Shown here in pieces: positions 26,501 through 37,900 of a stretch of DNA of 64,000 nucleotides; the stretch's first letter is position 1; every line of letters starts with the position of its first letter. The stretch comes from Catajapyx aquilonaris (Eukaryota). Below the pieces are notes generated by a model, which was given only the letters and a program-made list of their open reading frames with translations, was not told where the DNA came from and searched no databases. Location of the stretch: assembly GCA_000934665.2 (NCBI GenBank), contig KZ538472.1, positions 1 to 64,000 of the forward strand. Direction: 5' to 3'. A program made the position numbers and the translations under genes.

Positions 26501-29500
26501 CCATTTTGTACTCATATCCTTCGTCATCCACATATTCCACCTTATTTTCTATATCTTGCCTTCGTTTCTCAAGAGTCTCCTCTGTGGGGAGGAAATATGC
26601 CACAAATTGCTCCCCACTTTCATCCATAACACCACGAATCATGGCCTGTGACATTTCCTCCACCTGGGATAAGACTGGCCGACCCCCTGGTGCCGGATCA
26701 GAATCGAATATAACCTGTGCACATGGGTACTTCCACATATCAAAATCAGGGAAGACAGGGAGCACCTCTACGGGGGTGACTCTTGGTTTGCTATAGTGGC
26801 GTTCTACAGGCTTCTTAACATCTTCAAATGTCTTCTCAATTGCTTTGATCTGACTCTCACGATCCATGTACACATTGTCTACCTGAGAAGGAAACAGTAA
26901 CACATTATTGTTGCAGATAAAAAGAAAACATTATTGTAGTTGTCAATGTGAAACTGTAAAGCAGGCCTTATGGGGCCGCTGTTGTGCCAAAAAAACCATC
27001 ACTCAATCAACTTATGGGGAAGGCCGTGTGCTTAGCGAGTCCCCTATCCCCGGATGTGCCGCACTGTACCAAATTGCATTAAGGCGGATGACTTCTGAAC
27101 CGTTCTGAACCTACCTAAATTGTCAACTCCCATTCAGCCCCCATTTGCAGATCCGCACACCAGCCACCTGAATGCGATATGGAACGTTCCAAATCGCATT
27201 TGGGTGGCTGATGGTAGAATCTGTGGATGAGGGCTGAATGGGAATTGACTGTTTAGGTAGCTTCAGAACAGTTCAGAAGTCATCCGCTCGAATGTGATTT
27301 GGTACAGTGCACCACATCTGGGGATAGGGGACTCGCTAAGCGCATGCAAAAGGAGAGGGAGTTGCGGAGGGCTGTGTAAAGCCAATGTCTGGTATCCTCA
27401 ACAGATGACAGTTTCCATGTCTTTCCATATATTTCATGTGTTAAAAAACAGAAGCCATGTTTCTTGTTATAATGGTGAAGTATTAGCATGAGTGGCCAGA
27501 TGGTAACTAAATAGGCTTAAAAATCAAAAGGTATACAGGGTGTTCCAAGTATATGGCTTGCTTTAGTTATTTATAATAAATTTCACTCAAAGCTGTAATT
27601 ATTTTGTAGCTTGTTGTGCCCTGATCCAGGTGCCCCATTACTACGAGGATCATACGGAAAGTAACTTCCATTATTTTATTATAAAAACAACAGTGCAGGC
27701 CATAATTTTTATTATACTGTATACATCTGAAAGCTTCAACTCTCTACATTTTTTCAACGTAGTTACCAGCCAAATTGAGGCATTATTTGTAAAGTTACAC
27801 AAGATTTTGTATGCCTATGTCATAGAAGTTTGCCGCCAGCCATTTCCCCTCTGGAATGCAACTCCCCGTCATCGTTAAACTTCTGCTTTACAAACAATTT
27901 TTTAATGTCCATGGACAGGTGGTAATCGCTAGGCTCTAAATCCCGGTTCAAAGAGGGTGATCGACAAATAATTTGTCGATCACCCTCTTTGAACTGGGAT
28001 TTAGAGACTAGCGATTACCACCTGTCCATCCTTAACTTCTCTAATGTCTCAGTAAACCTTTTGTATTGAACAAAAGTAGCGGTATGTTGAGTTCTGGGGT
28101 GTTTTTCTTGCACAACAATGCCCTCCCGCATATTGCCTTGCATACTGGAAGAGGGTGATCGAAAAATTATCACTTGAATTGTTGCGGGAGGGTTCCAGTA
28201 TGTAAGGCAATATGCGGCAGGGCATTGTTGTGCAAGAAAAACACCCCAGAACTCAACATACCGCTACTTTTGTTCAATACAAAAGGTTTACTGAGACATT
28301 AGAGAAGTTAAGGATGGCCATATTCAAAAGAAATGTCGTGACATGTTGAGTCCTGGGGTGTTTTTTTTTGCATGACAATGTCCGCCCGCATATTGCCTTG
28401 CGCACTGGAACCCTACCGCAACAATTCAAGTGAGAATTTTTCGATCACCCTCTTTGAACTGGGATTTAGAGCCTAGCGATTACCACCTGTCCATGGACAT
28501 GAAGAATTGGCATGCAAAACAGAGGTTTAACGATGACGGGGAGTTGCAGTCCAGTGGGGAAATGGTTGGCGGCAAACTTCTATGATATAGGTATACACAA
28601 TCTTGTGTAACTTTACGAAAAATGCCTCAATTTGGCTGGTAACTATCTTTCAAAAAAGTAGAGAGTTGAAGCTTTCAATCTGTATATAATAAAAATTATC
28701 AGCGTGCACTGTTGTTTTTATAATAAAATAACGTAAGTTACTTTCCGGATGACCCTCGTACTATGTAGTTGAATACAGCAGATGCTATATAATAGGGCAT
28801 CTGGATCGGGGCGCAACAAGGTACAAAAAAAACTACCTCAGGCAATACTAGTGATAACTAAAAATGGCCAGCTGATACTTGGATCACCCTGTTTATTGTA
28901 AGTGGAAAGAAGATGACCAGAACTTGGCATTGGTCATAAATGGTGGACTTAAAAACCATGTAGAGAGCAGTCCAAATTACATTACCAAATGGTTCCAATT
29001 ACACGCTTGTGGTCGAAATGACATGGTTCTATGTAAATAAAGTTCTCATATAATAATAAAATTTACTACAACAACTGGTGCCTCTAACACATTTGCTCAA
29101 AAAGTTATTTATTTTAAGGGCTCATCCTGACAAGAACTATTGACAGTAAATGTTAGGTGGTGTGTATTACACAGAACTCCCCTACCAGATTTGGTAAGCC
29201 TGTGTCAAGTACTCTTGTTGCCAAGGCTATTCCTTTGTCTCCTTGGTCACTACCTAGGTCCTCACCTGCCAAAAACTTCTGTGGTTACGAAATATGCGAA
29301 GGTCACCTGGTACAAGATCTGGACCATGTTCTTGGACTGCATGCAAGATGCTCAAAAATGTCCCACTTGAACTGTGAGTATGGGACACACAATAATGGAC
29401 GACTGCACACAACAATCATTACACATCCATTACTCTATGTCTTCAACGGTTCAAGTGATTCGCCTTTACACACCCAGACCATGGTTCAGACCGTGCACTT

Positions 29501-31301
29501 GAGAAACCTTCATGTTTCCTTACCTCCAGAAACATTTCGTAGATGACAGCCTAGAGCAGTGCTTCCCAACCTGTGGGTCGCGAAGTCTTTCTCAGGGGGT
29601 CGCGCGGTGGCCGCACTGTTATTTTTACTTGCAATAAATTTTATAGGATATTTCACCACAAAGGTTTTTAAAAAACACTTGCATGTTTTAATATGTCTAC
29701 ACTACATTTATCTTCTACTAATACTCAGGGGGGCAGGTTACTTGACTATCATAAAAGGGGGTCACGACCCGAAAAAGGTTGGGAACCACTGCCCTAGAGC
29801 CTAGACAGTGACCAAGAGGTGATGGAATAGGCTTGGGAGTAAGAGTACTAAACACAGGGTCATAAAATCTGGTATCATGGTTCAAACATGCTTCCCTAGA
29901 CATGGCATTTGTGTGCAGTAGTAAAGAGCTGTATCATCATGTGGCTTCGTTGATTTTGAAAATTTTTATAGTTAAATGGTAGTTATTTTAAAATATGATC
30001 ATAAGCACTGGGCAATTGCAGAAAATTCAAAGTTCACCCACTATTTTTTGATCTTAATGAAATTTGGTACGATAATTGTCCATAAAAATATAGCACGAAT
30101 CAAATTTTTAAAAATGTAGTGTCATTAGGTCATGCATAATAATTAAACAGGAAAAAACACAAAAACCTGCAAATGGCCCTACACACGTGTACAAACGACC
30201 CTATATCTGGTTAACTACATGGCACACTGATCCTGTTGATGTATGAGTGTGTTGTCCAGGATGGAGAGATTGCAATGGTCGAATGTCCAAATTTTTGAAA
30301 TCAAAATGAAGGCATTATATCTACAGGGTGAAGGGAAACTTGCGCCAATCTCCAGGTAGACTTATAGTACTCGTAAAACTAATATAGGGATGTGAAATTA
30401 GTTTTGGGCACCATTGCATAGTAAGGCGCCGTCAAAGTTTTGTGACGTCACATCTGTTCCACTAGCTATAAAGAAGCAAAAGCCAGCTCCGAACAATCCA
30501 GCCTTGGGTCCGTAACACATCGTCCATGTGCAATAGGTGATCTAATCCCGTCAAAGTAAGAATCCGGGTACGACACCCATGCACTTGTCATTTTTACCTC
30601 CTATTTTACCATCCGGCCCTCTACACTTTAAAGGTGCCGTACACATTAACTACGCATCAGCGCCCAAAACTAATTGCACATCCCTATATTAGTTTTGCGA
30701 GTACTGTCCGTCTACCTGGTGATTGGGCGCGAGTTTCCCTTCACCCTGTATAGTTCAATGTTGAAAAACGATACTGCGATCAACTACCTCCTTCAGCCTT
30801 TAAAAATTATACAGGGTGATCCAACTCTATGGCACCAACAGTTATTGGAAAAATCGCGCAAGCTGCTTGTTTATAAGCAGGTCGTTGCTAAGAGATACTT
30901 TCTAGAGTAATAATAATAATAATAATAATAATAAGGGATACCCCGTGATAGGCCCCTTGGGCCTCTTAGGGGATCATCTTTTGAAAACCCGACTTTAATC
31001 ATTTGCCTGTAATGTGATGGATTTTGATAGTGGGAGGAAACGGGAGAACCCCGAGAAAACTCACGCGAACACGGAGAGAACCCATCGAAACTCGATCCAC
31101 ATAAGTATCCTCCGTCCGACCCGGGGATCGAACTTGGGACCTTAGAGGTGGAAGGCTGCGGCGCTAACCACTCAGCCACCGTGTCGCCCACTACTTCCTA
31201 GAGTATCAGGAATAGCACCTCTTAGCAACGACCTGCTTATAAACAAGCAGCTTGCGCGATTTTTCCAATAACTGTTGGTGCCATAGAGTTGGATCACCCT
31301 G

Positions 31302-31385
<84 letters not shown>

Positions 31386-32826
31386 TTAATAATAATAATA
31401 ATCCTGGGGTAGTGCTTTCACCCCCAAATGGGGGTATATCACACAGACCTTTGTTTTGATATTATACAGTTGGTGCCGATTCATTGAAGCGCCCGGGCCC
31501 ACGGGCAGGATGACAGGAGGGGATGTGCAAAGTGCAGTGCACGGACTGATATGGGTACATTTTGTGAACTCCCCCGGGTGGATATGTCTATTGGAGATTC
31601 CACCCGAGACGAAGCCAGAGACGACCCAAACTCTGCACGAGATGAAGGCTGGGATCAAACCCGGGACCTTAACATCCGTGGGCGTGTACGTTACTGCAGC
31701 GTCACTCCGCCTCCCCTCTTTAAAAATTATATACTGTACTCTATACTTCATTGAGCAGTTTTAACCGATTTTTCCAGAACGGGACCTCCATAAGTTTCGG
31801 CATAATAAAATAAAACAGGTAGGTCGGTGCTGGATTTCGGTTGAGTCACATCATAACTTTTGCCAAGGCTGGCAGGGTCGGCATTAAGGTCCATCTGGGG
31901 TGAAGGCGGGCTGCAACCATGTGGCACTTTCCCCAAAAGCCTTCATGAAAAAAGGACCTTAATGCTGACCCTGACGTCAATCAACCAAAACGCAGCAGCA
32001 ATTGACCTGTTTTATTTTATTATGCTGAAACTTACGGAGGTCCCACTCGGGAAAAATCAGTAAAAATTATTAATGAAGTACAGCATATGGCATATAATTT
32101 TTAACCCTCGGACGGTGGCGTGGGCACTTTTTGTGACCAAGGCCACTAGTTTTGCTATATCATTGAAAATATAGCACCTATGGGCTTCACATTTGAGGAC
32201 ATCTTCACTTGATTCCTTCCGCGATGAATGGCGTTTAGTTTAAATTTTTTGAGCAAATAGCACGACCAGGAACAAATAAATTATGCACTGACGCGTATAG
32301 TTGGGGCCAAGAGGGCCAAGACAGTATTCCAAGAATGATTCACAGCTGGCTTACTGAGGGGGACTTGAGCTTATCAGTAGTGATTCATGAACATGTGGAA
32401 AACCCAAGTTATTGTAAAATGTAGCCAGCCTTCCTGTGACTTCAAAAATTAGGGGAACAACCCCCCAACTGATAGTGGGCTCCCAAAAGGAAACCGGTCT
32501 GGCAGTGATGCTGCGGGGGCAATTTTGCCTCAACTACTCATCAGCGCACAATTAATTTTTTAATAATTATGCAAATGCAAACTAAATGCCATGTATCGCA
32601 GAAGGAATCAAGCCATATATTGTCTCAAAGATAAAGGCCAAATGTGCTCTGTATCCCATGTTATAACTGAACATGTGACATGGTCACAAAAAGTGCCCAC
32701 GTCACTGGAGGAAGAACTTTTCATACGTCACCGTCGTAGGGTTACAGGCCAAAATGAGGTAGTTAGTTGACCGATATATAGTTTTTCAACAGTGAACTCT
32801 TAATAATAATCATCATTATCATCATC

Positions 32827-32884
<58 letters not shown>

Positions 32885-34389
32885 TAATAATAATAATAAT
32901 GTGTAGTGTTTATGTGTAGTGTTTATGTGTGTGTTTATTCCTAAGTGGAGTTAAATTAACTCTAAATGTAATGCCTTCATTTCGATTTCAAAAATCTGAA
33001 CATCCAATCATCGCAATCTGTCCATACTGGACAACACATTCATACATCAAAAGCATGGTGTGCAGTGTAGTTAACGAGATATAGGGTCGTTTGTCCACGT
33101 GTGTGGGGTCTTTTACAGGTTTTTACAGGTTTCTGCCCATTTCATTAGGCATGACCTAATGACACTCTTTTTTTTGATAAGTGCTATATTTTTTATGGAG
33201 ACATATCGTACCAAACTTCATTAAGATCAAAAATAGGGGTGAAGTCCTTTGTATGATTTGTCCTGGAATTACCCCACTGAGAAAATCTTCACTGCATTTG
33301 CAATATGATCTTGCTCTAGTTAGTTCTGGAAAAGTCTCACCTTAAATATCTTCTTAATGCTGAACCCAACTTTGGCCTCAACCTTATCAATGGTCTGAGG
33401 CTGAAATCTAGTTTGCTCTGTGGAGATGTACTCAGTTCTCCGAAGCCACGAAACACTCTTAGCATGATGACGAGATCGCTTGGAGTCCTTCAGGGTCAGT
33501 ACATCTTCTTCTAAAAGCTTCTCATCTGCAGGATCTAGTTGAGCAGAATGGTCGATAGCATAGGTGGAAGGGTTGATGAGGTCAATGGTCACTCCAAGGT
33601 CATGTTCTGTCAGGACATCATACTTGTAATTTCTTTCTAGGGATGTCTGGTTGTAATGAATGAAGCGATTTGATTCAAAGGGATACGTTATAAATTTGGG
33701 ATCAAAGGGAAGGTCAGGCAAGGTGTTGCAGTACTTCACGCGGCACACCAGCTCAGATCTGGAACACAAGCCATCCATGAGAAATTCACATCCACAGTAG
33801 TCAATAATTAGAGCATTACAAATATAACTAACATGAAAACAGTACTTAAAAGTATGTTTAACATATTTTCACCATGACATCACACCTCCATGGGGACCAA
33901 CACTCATTCTGGAGTGCAAGTGGGGGTTGAATAATTAAACTAACATTTTGAGAAAGCTTTGCAAATACTTCATGTTAGTGCAAAGTGTGGTTTGGTTTTT
34001 CATCCCACTGCTAGCTAGCAGTAAGAGTGTCAACAATTAATAATTTTGGTAAAATATGAAAAAGCCTACGAATTATCCTCAATAGCAGAAGCATGCTGCT
34101 AGCAGAGATTTAGCAGTAGGACGACAAACCCACCCTACATTTTTAGGCTTTTCTAGGCACTGCAAATTGAAAAAAAGGGGCCTTGCTTCACTTAGAAGTT
34201 TCCGTTTTGCGACGGTGGTCTGGTCCCCAACTCAATGTGAGCAACATTGGTTTTGTATTATACGGGTGGAGGATATTACGTCCCTGAGCCAGGTAAATTG
34301 TCCACTTTAAAAACAAACCTCCGTTCACCCGGCCTGGCGCCCCTCTTGTCGTGGTCCGGGTTGTGGTTTGCTTGTACCGTGGGAGGCAT
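20543..34389 (-). CDS. PAF1: RNA polymerase II-associated factor 1 (Paf1), ~516 aa
   Basis: Exons (minus): 34319-34389, 33341-33758, 26168-26882, 20891-20992, 20543-20787, all with phase-consistent GT-AG introns. The protein reads MPPTVQ...[23 protein letters not shown]...[11 protein letters not shown]...[21 protein letters not shown] and ends in an acidic Ser/Gly-rich tail (...GSDSD*). An in-frame upstream ATG exists at 34407. Confidence 0.96.
21626..23557 (+). mobile_element. Decayed hAT (Buster/Charlie-type) transposon in a Paf1 intron
   Basis: Ends resemble CAGTGGTTCCCAACC and GGTTGAGAACCGCTG. Transposase remnants [33 protein letters not shown] (~21970-22095) and [16 protein letters not shown] (~22700-22770) are broken by stops and frameshifts. 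Confidence 0.65.
24242..24892. mobile_element. hAT-type non-autonomous element
   Basis: TIR TAGAGTC(T/C)GGATTTTTAGGCA, 8-bp TSD GTTATG(A/G)T and repeated AAATAGGCA subterminal motifs. Confidence 0.75.
27027..27344. mobile_element. Palindromic MITE (~150-bp arms) in a Paf1 intron
   Basis: GCTTAGCGAGTCCCCTATCCCC.GATGTG... and ...CACATCTGGGGATAGGGGACTCGCTAAGC. Confidence 0.75.
27644..28758. mobile_element. Fold-back mariner derivative (both ends are 3' ends), nested in a CAGGGTG MITE (27536-28891)
   Basis: TA-CGAGG...CCTCG-TA ends. The plus strand at 28290-28660 translates to decayed mariner motifs [17 protein letters not shown] and [22 protein letters not shown]. The left arm is the reverse complement of the right arm. 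Confidence 0.85.
29557..29791. mobile_element. hAT (Charlie/Buster-type) MITE
   Basis: TIRs CAGTGCTTCCCAACC and GGTTGGGAACCACTG; TSD (G/C)CCTAGAG. Confidence 0.85.
30324..30748. mobile_element. Tc1/mariner-type MITE family E
   Basis: TA-CAGGGTGAAGGGAAACT...AGTTTCCCTTCACCCTG-TA; other copies at 40772 and 60875. Confidence 0.88.
30812..31301. mobile_element. CAGGGTG-type MITE split by SINE D
   Basis: ~83-bp perfect inverted arms CAGGGTGATCCAACTCTATGG..., with a TA TSD. Confidence 0.85.
30910..31191 (-). mobile_element. tRNA-headed SINE with V-domain-like core (family D), inserted in a MITE
   Basis: Head GGTGGCTGAGTGGTTAGCG...AGTTCGATCCC; core TTCTCTCCGTGTTCGCGTGAGTTTTCTCGGGGTTCTCCCGTTTCCTCCCAC; 14-bp TSD TACTT(T/C)CTAGAGTA; (ATT)n tail. 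Confidence 0.8.
31304..31717 (-). mobile_element. SINE family A with long (ATT)n tail
   Basis: Same body as the other A copies; the (TAA)n tract at 31303-31400 forms its 3' tail. Confidence 0.8.
31741..32082. mobile_element. MITE with ~90-bp imperfect TIRs
   Basis: GGGACCTCCATAAGTTTCGGCATAATAAAATAAAACAGG and CCTGTTTTATTTTATTATGCTGAAACTTACGGAGGTCCC. Confidence 0.65.
32105..32741. mobile_element. piggyBac-type non-autonomous element
   Basis: TTAA-CCCT...AGGG-TTAC ends and an internal inverted repeat GTGGGCACTTTTTGTGACCA. Confidence 0.65.
32801..32900. repeat. (TAA)n microsatellite
   Basis: Read directly from the sequence. Confidence 0.95.
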
Positions 34390-34924
34390 AGGCGGTGCCG
34401 GCGGCATATTGCAGAAATAGCCACCTCGCTCCACTCACAAGCCAACCCAGTAACCACAGGTCAGGAGCACCAAGGCACCAACCACGAACCACCTCCCTGC
34501 TCCCTCACGCTCCGCGTCGGGTAGCCATATTTGTTTTCATCTAAGTGAGTTGCCGCCATATTCTCAATTACTCTCTAGTCTTCAATTTTTTTTTGCAGTA
34601 ACACTTACACGCGATGTAAGTAAAAGCGAAATAATTTGACAAAAATGAAAATTTATGATTATATTATGTTGACGCATATCTATGCAACATTATCTTGGTG
34701 TGATCGTGAACTTGATAAAAATCGCGCCAGGAAATCGTCATAGAAATCACGATAGAAATAATCACCCGGCTGGGTTGCACACATATTATAAAATCCCGCT
34801 TGATGAATGCTGGGAACGAAGAGCAGAGAAGTCAAACTGGAAAGGGGAAAGCTGGAAACTGGCTGGAAACTTGTGCTGAAAACTGTACATTGTCCCGGTT
34901 GATTATTTCGTGTGGCCCAGCAAG
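34390..34924. promoter_or_regulatory. Bidirectional promoter and 5'-UTR region shared by Paf1 and Med29
   Basis: The two divergent start codons are 535 bp apart. The region is CpG-rich near 34380-34560 and has GCCAT (YY1/Pho-like) motifs at ~34524 and ~34555. Confidence 0.75.
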
Positions 34925-37900
34925 ATGATGCCCGCACCTCAAATGCAACAGCAACAGCCCGGGGGAAACCAAGTGCCCCAAATGGTAGTTCCCAATACTC
35001 CCCCGGGCCACCCATCTGGCCCACCCAGCAACCCTCCTCCACCGCCACCGCCCCAACAGCAGCCTGGTCAGCAGCAAGGGCAGGATCCCAAGCTGGATAA
35101 CATCTCCAAAGTCAAGACACTCGCTGGCCCCCTCAAGGATTCCCTTGCCGTTAGTTATCATTTGTGTTATTACCACTGCCGTTATAATCTCTCATCACGA
35201 GCCTAAGAACTCACTGTATAAAATTTTTGTTATGGCTGAAAGCAGTGTTGTATTAGAAGCTTCTTGTATGAATTGGTGATAAATCCAATACATCTTCTCT
35301 GATTGTGCCTGCTGTTATGGAGAAAAAATGTCATGATCTAGTTCAATATAAAATTGAACTAGATCATGCACCTGAAATGAGTATTGGTAGGTGTTTTATT
35401 GTACCAAAATTGAGGAGCTCGGTGAAAGAACCAGGTAGCTCTACTTTTCATGGAAAATGAGTTAATCATGGGACCCTATGAAGAAAAAAAACTGTCCATA
35501 GTTTGGTCAAAGAATCATGTACCTCCAAGCTTTCCTGGAAAGATGAAATGTTGACCTTTGACATCGACGATGTGCATCCTTTCAAGTGTGGATACCCCCA
35601 TGCATGCTTGCATTGCTGGTTGCCGGAGTCAGGATGTTGAGTACTATTTGGCGGTTCGAGAGCCTGATTCCAGCAACCAGCAATTGAGGCATGCATGAAT
35701 GTATCCAAACTTGAAAGGATGGACATCGTCGATGTCAAAGGTCGATATCTCCGAAACGGATCGTCGCTGGCCCTTCGGACCCATTCCCGGCTTCTTCCAT
35801 GCGCACACCCTACCACCTGTTGGAATTACCGTTTTTAAATTAATTTCTTTTGCCGCGCACTGCCCCCGCCCCCCATCCCACCCCCCATCCCACCCCCCGA
35901 GAAACACCCTTTAATAGCTTGCATACTTCACAATTTCCGGATTTTCCATTAGATTCCCCATACCATGAAACCGCCAAGTACCAAAAATCTTGCCGATAGC
36001 ACTAATGATACGAGCTTCTTCAGGGCCTTTCACCTTTTGACCCCACATCTCAAAAACTCTTGAGATCGAGGGCATCTCCAGAAGGGTGCTTTCTTTCTAG
36101 CAGGTGCGGAATCCATATTCACACTATTCTTTTTTGGTGATTTCGTGAGCGCACAAAACCTCTTTCATGGATTTGAACACAGGCATTGCTTCAGTAAAAC
36201 TCAGCCTTGGTTCAGGCTAGGTTTTATCATTATATCATCACCACCACCTCCTTGCCCTTCCAGCTTGTAGTCTGCCAGGTAAAGGGGTGTTTGCAACTAC
36301 CAATATGTGAGAATCAGACTTCGTGAGAGTGAGAAGCCATTTCTCACGCTCCATTCATCTCGTCCAAGCTAAAATGACTCATATTCACTCAAAAATGCCC
36401 ATTCTTGCAATTTGTGACCACACTAGTTAAGACATGTGCAACGTCACACAACTAACTTTACACAGTCCAAACTGCTAATACTTGCTACATCACATTCCAA
36501 AAACAATAACCACTGTTATTACTCCATTGTGTTCTGACATTTGTGTGTGCATGTGCTTTCATTATTAAAAACTAGCAGTCTGGGGTTCATGTTGTTTGGG
36601 ACTAATAATTTTGAATGCTACATGTGGGAAAACAATAAGTCGATGAGTGATTAAAGTGGGTTTAATTGACATCGTTTAAATAGGATTTATTCCAGGACTG
36701 TGGAAATTGAATGATGGATCCGGGAAATGATACATCTGGGAACTATAGATTGAGGTTTCACTGCACCAGTTTAGCAGCTATATTGGTACCTTGAGTCTTA
36801 GTATGCATTTTTCTCTTTTTTAAATCACAGAATGTACTCAAGACAGCTGCACAGAATTTCTTGCACAACTACAACATTGACGCTGGATCATTGTGAGTAG
36901 AGCTTTTGGACAAAGGTTGTGGAGTTTTATATTTAATGCACTCAAAGGAGTTACTATATAAGGATATAATATTTATGTTGTAAGATCTTTTCTCAATTGT
37001 CACATGAACTTTTGTTCTTGTGAAGTTACATAACAAGTAATTTATCTGACCGTCCCGTTCCAGCAATAAATGTATGTTTTCTCATCAAATACTGTAATTC
37101 AGGCACACTAATCATTTGTTTTGTATTGCTTTAGTTAAATTTTAAACAGCAGAGTGTGTATGTAAAAGATAAATACTTCACTATCTCTTAGAAAAGTGTA
37201 CCGGTAATGTTGTACATAATTTCATGATTTCATCGGCTTTTTGTTTTGTTTTCCGTTGCTCCTCAGATTATCCGACCTTTTCTGTTATCCAACAATTCCC
37301 CAGTCCCATGGGTGACGGATACACTGTATTCAGGGTGTCCATGAATTGACCAGTCAGACCTGTACCCGTGGCTCAATTGACACCAGAGGATCATGTTATG
37401 TAGAGGAGTCATTATGTCTGGGCAGCCTCATTACTGAGATAATTGCCTTCAAACGACAAGTACACAGTATCCTGGGAGGTATGGAAACCTTCAACCCCGA
37501 AATTGCATCACTGGTCAAAATAGCAGCTTTTCCATTTGGCTACTAGCATGTCGCATGTGTACTGCATGTTGCATGTGATCTGTGACAATAATTATGTAAC
37601 AATCTGTGACAATAATTATGTGACAATCACTCTTAGGCCCAATCGCTAAATCGCAAATGATCAATTATCTCAGTAATGAGGCTGCCAGTGATTCCTCTAC
37701 ATAACATGATCCTCTGGTGTCAATTGAGCCACGGGTGGGTACAGGTCTGACTGGTCAATTCACGGACACACTGTATAATTGGGGTTCTATTGTATATGAG
37801 CGTGCCAGAAAATCCAGGGCAACCAAGTTACACTAATATGTGCATTGCTGGCTACACTGGCCTGCTGGTGTGGAGCAATAATTATGTTAGCAGAGGTGAA

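Larger units (their letters stand above)
30007..33279. mobile_element. Old long-TIR element hosting a nest of younger insertions
   Basis: 30030-30320 is an imperfect inverted copy of 32965-33245, and 30752-30800 is an inverted copy of 32745-32798. Confidence 0.65.

Noticed and set aside
26461..26796. Antisense ORFs opposite Paf1, UGP2 and RPUSD1 exons
   Set aside because: Shadow ORFs caused by the codon structure of the real genes.
34188..34280. Weak resemblance to Paf1 exon 1 (possible duplicated exon)
   Set aside because: The similarity is short, contains an in-frame stop and is compatible with chance.
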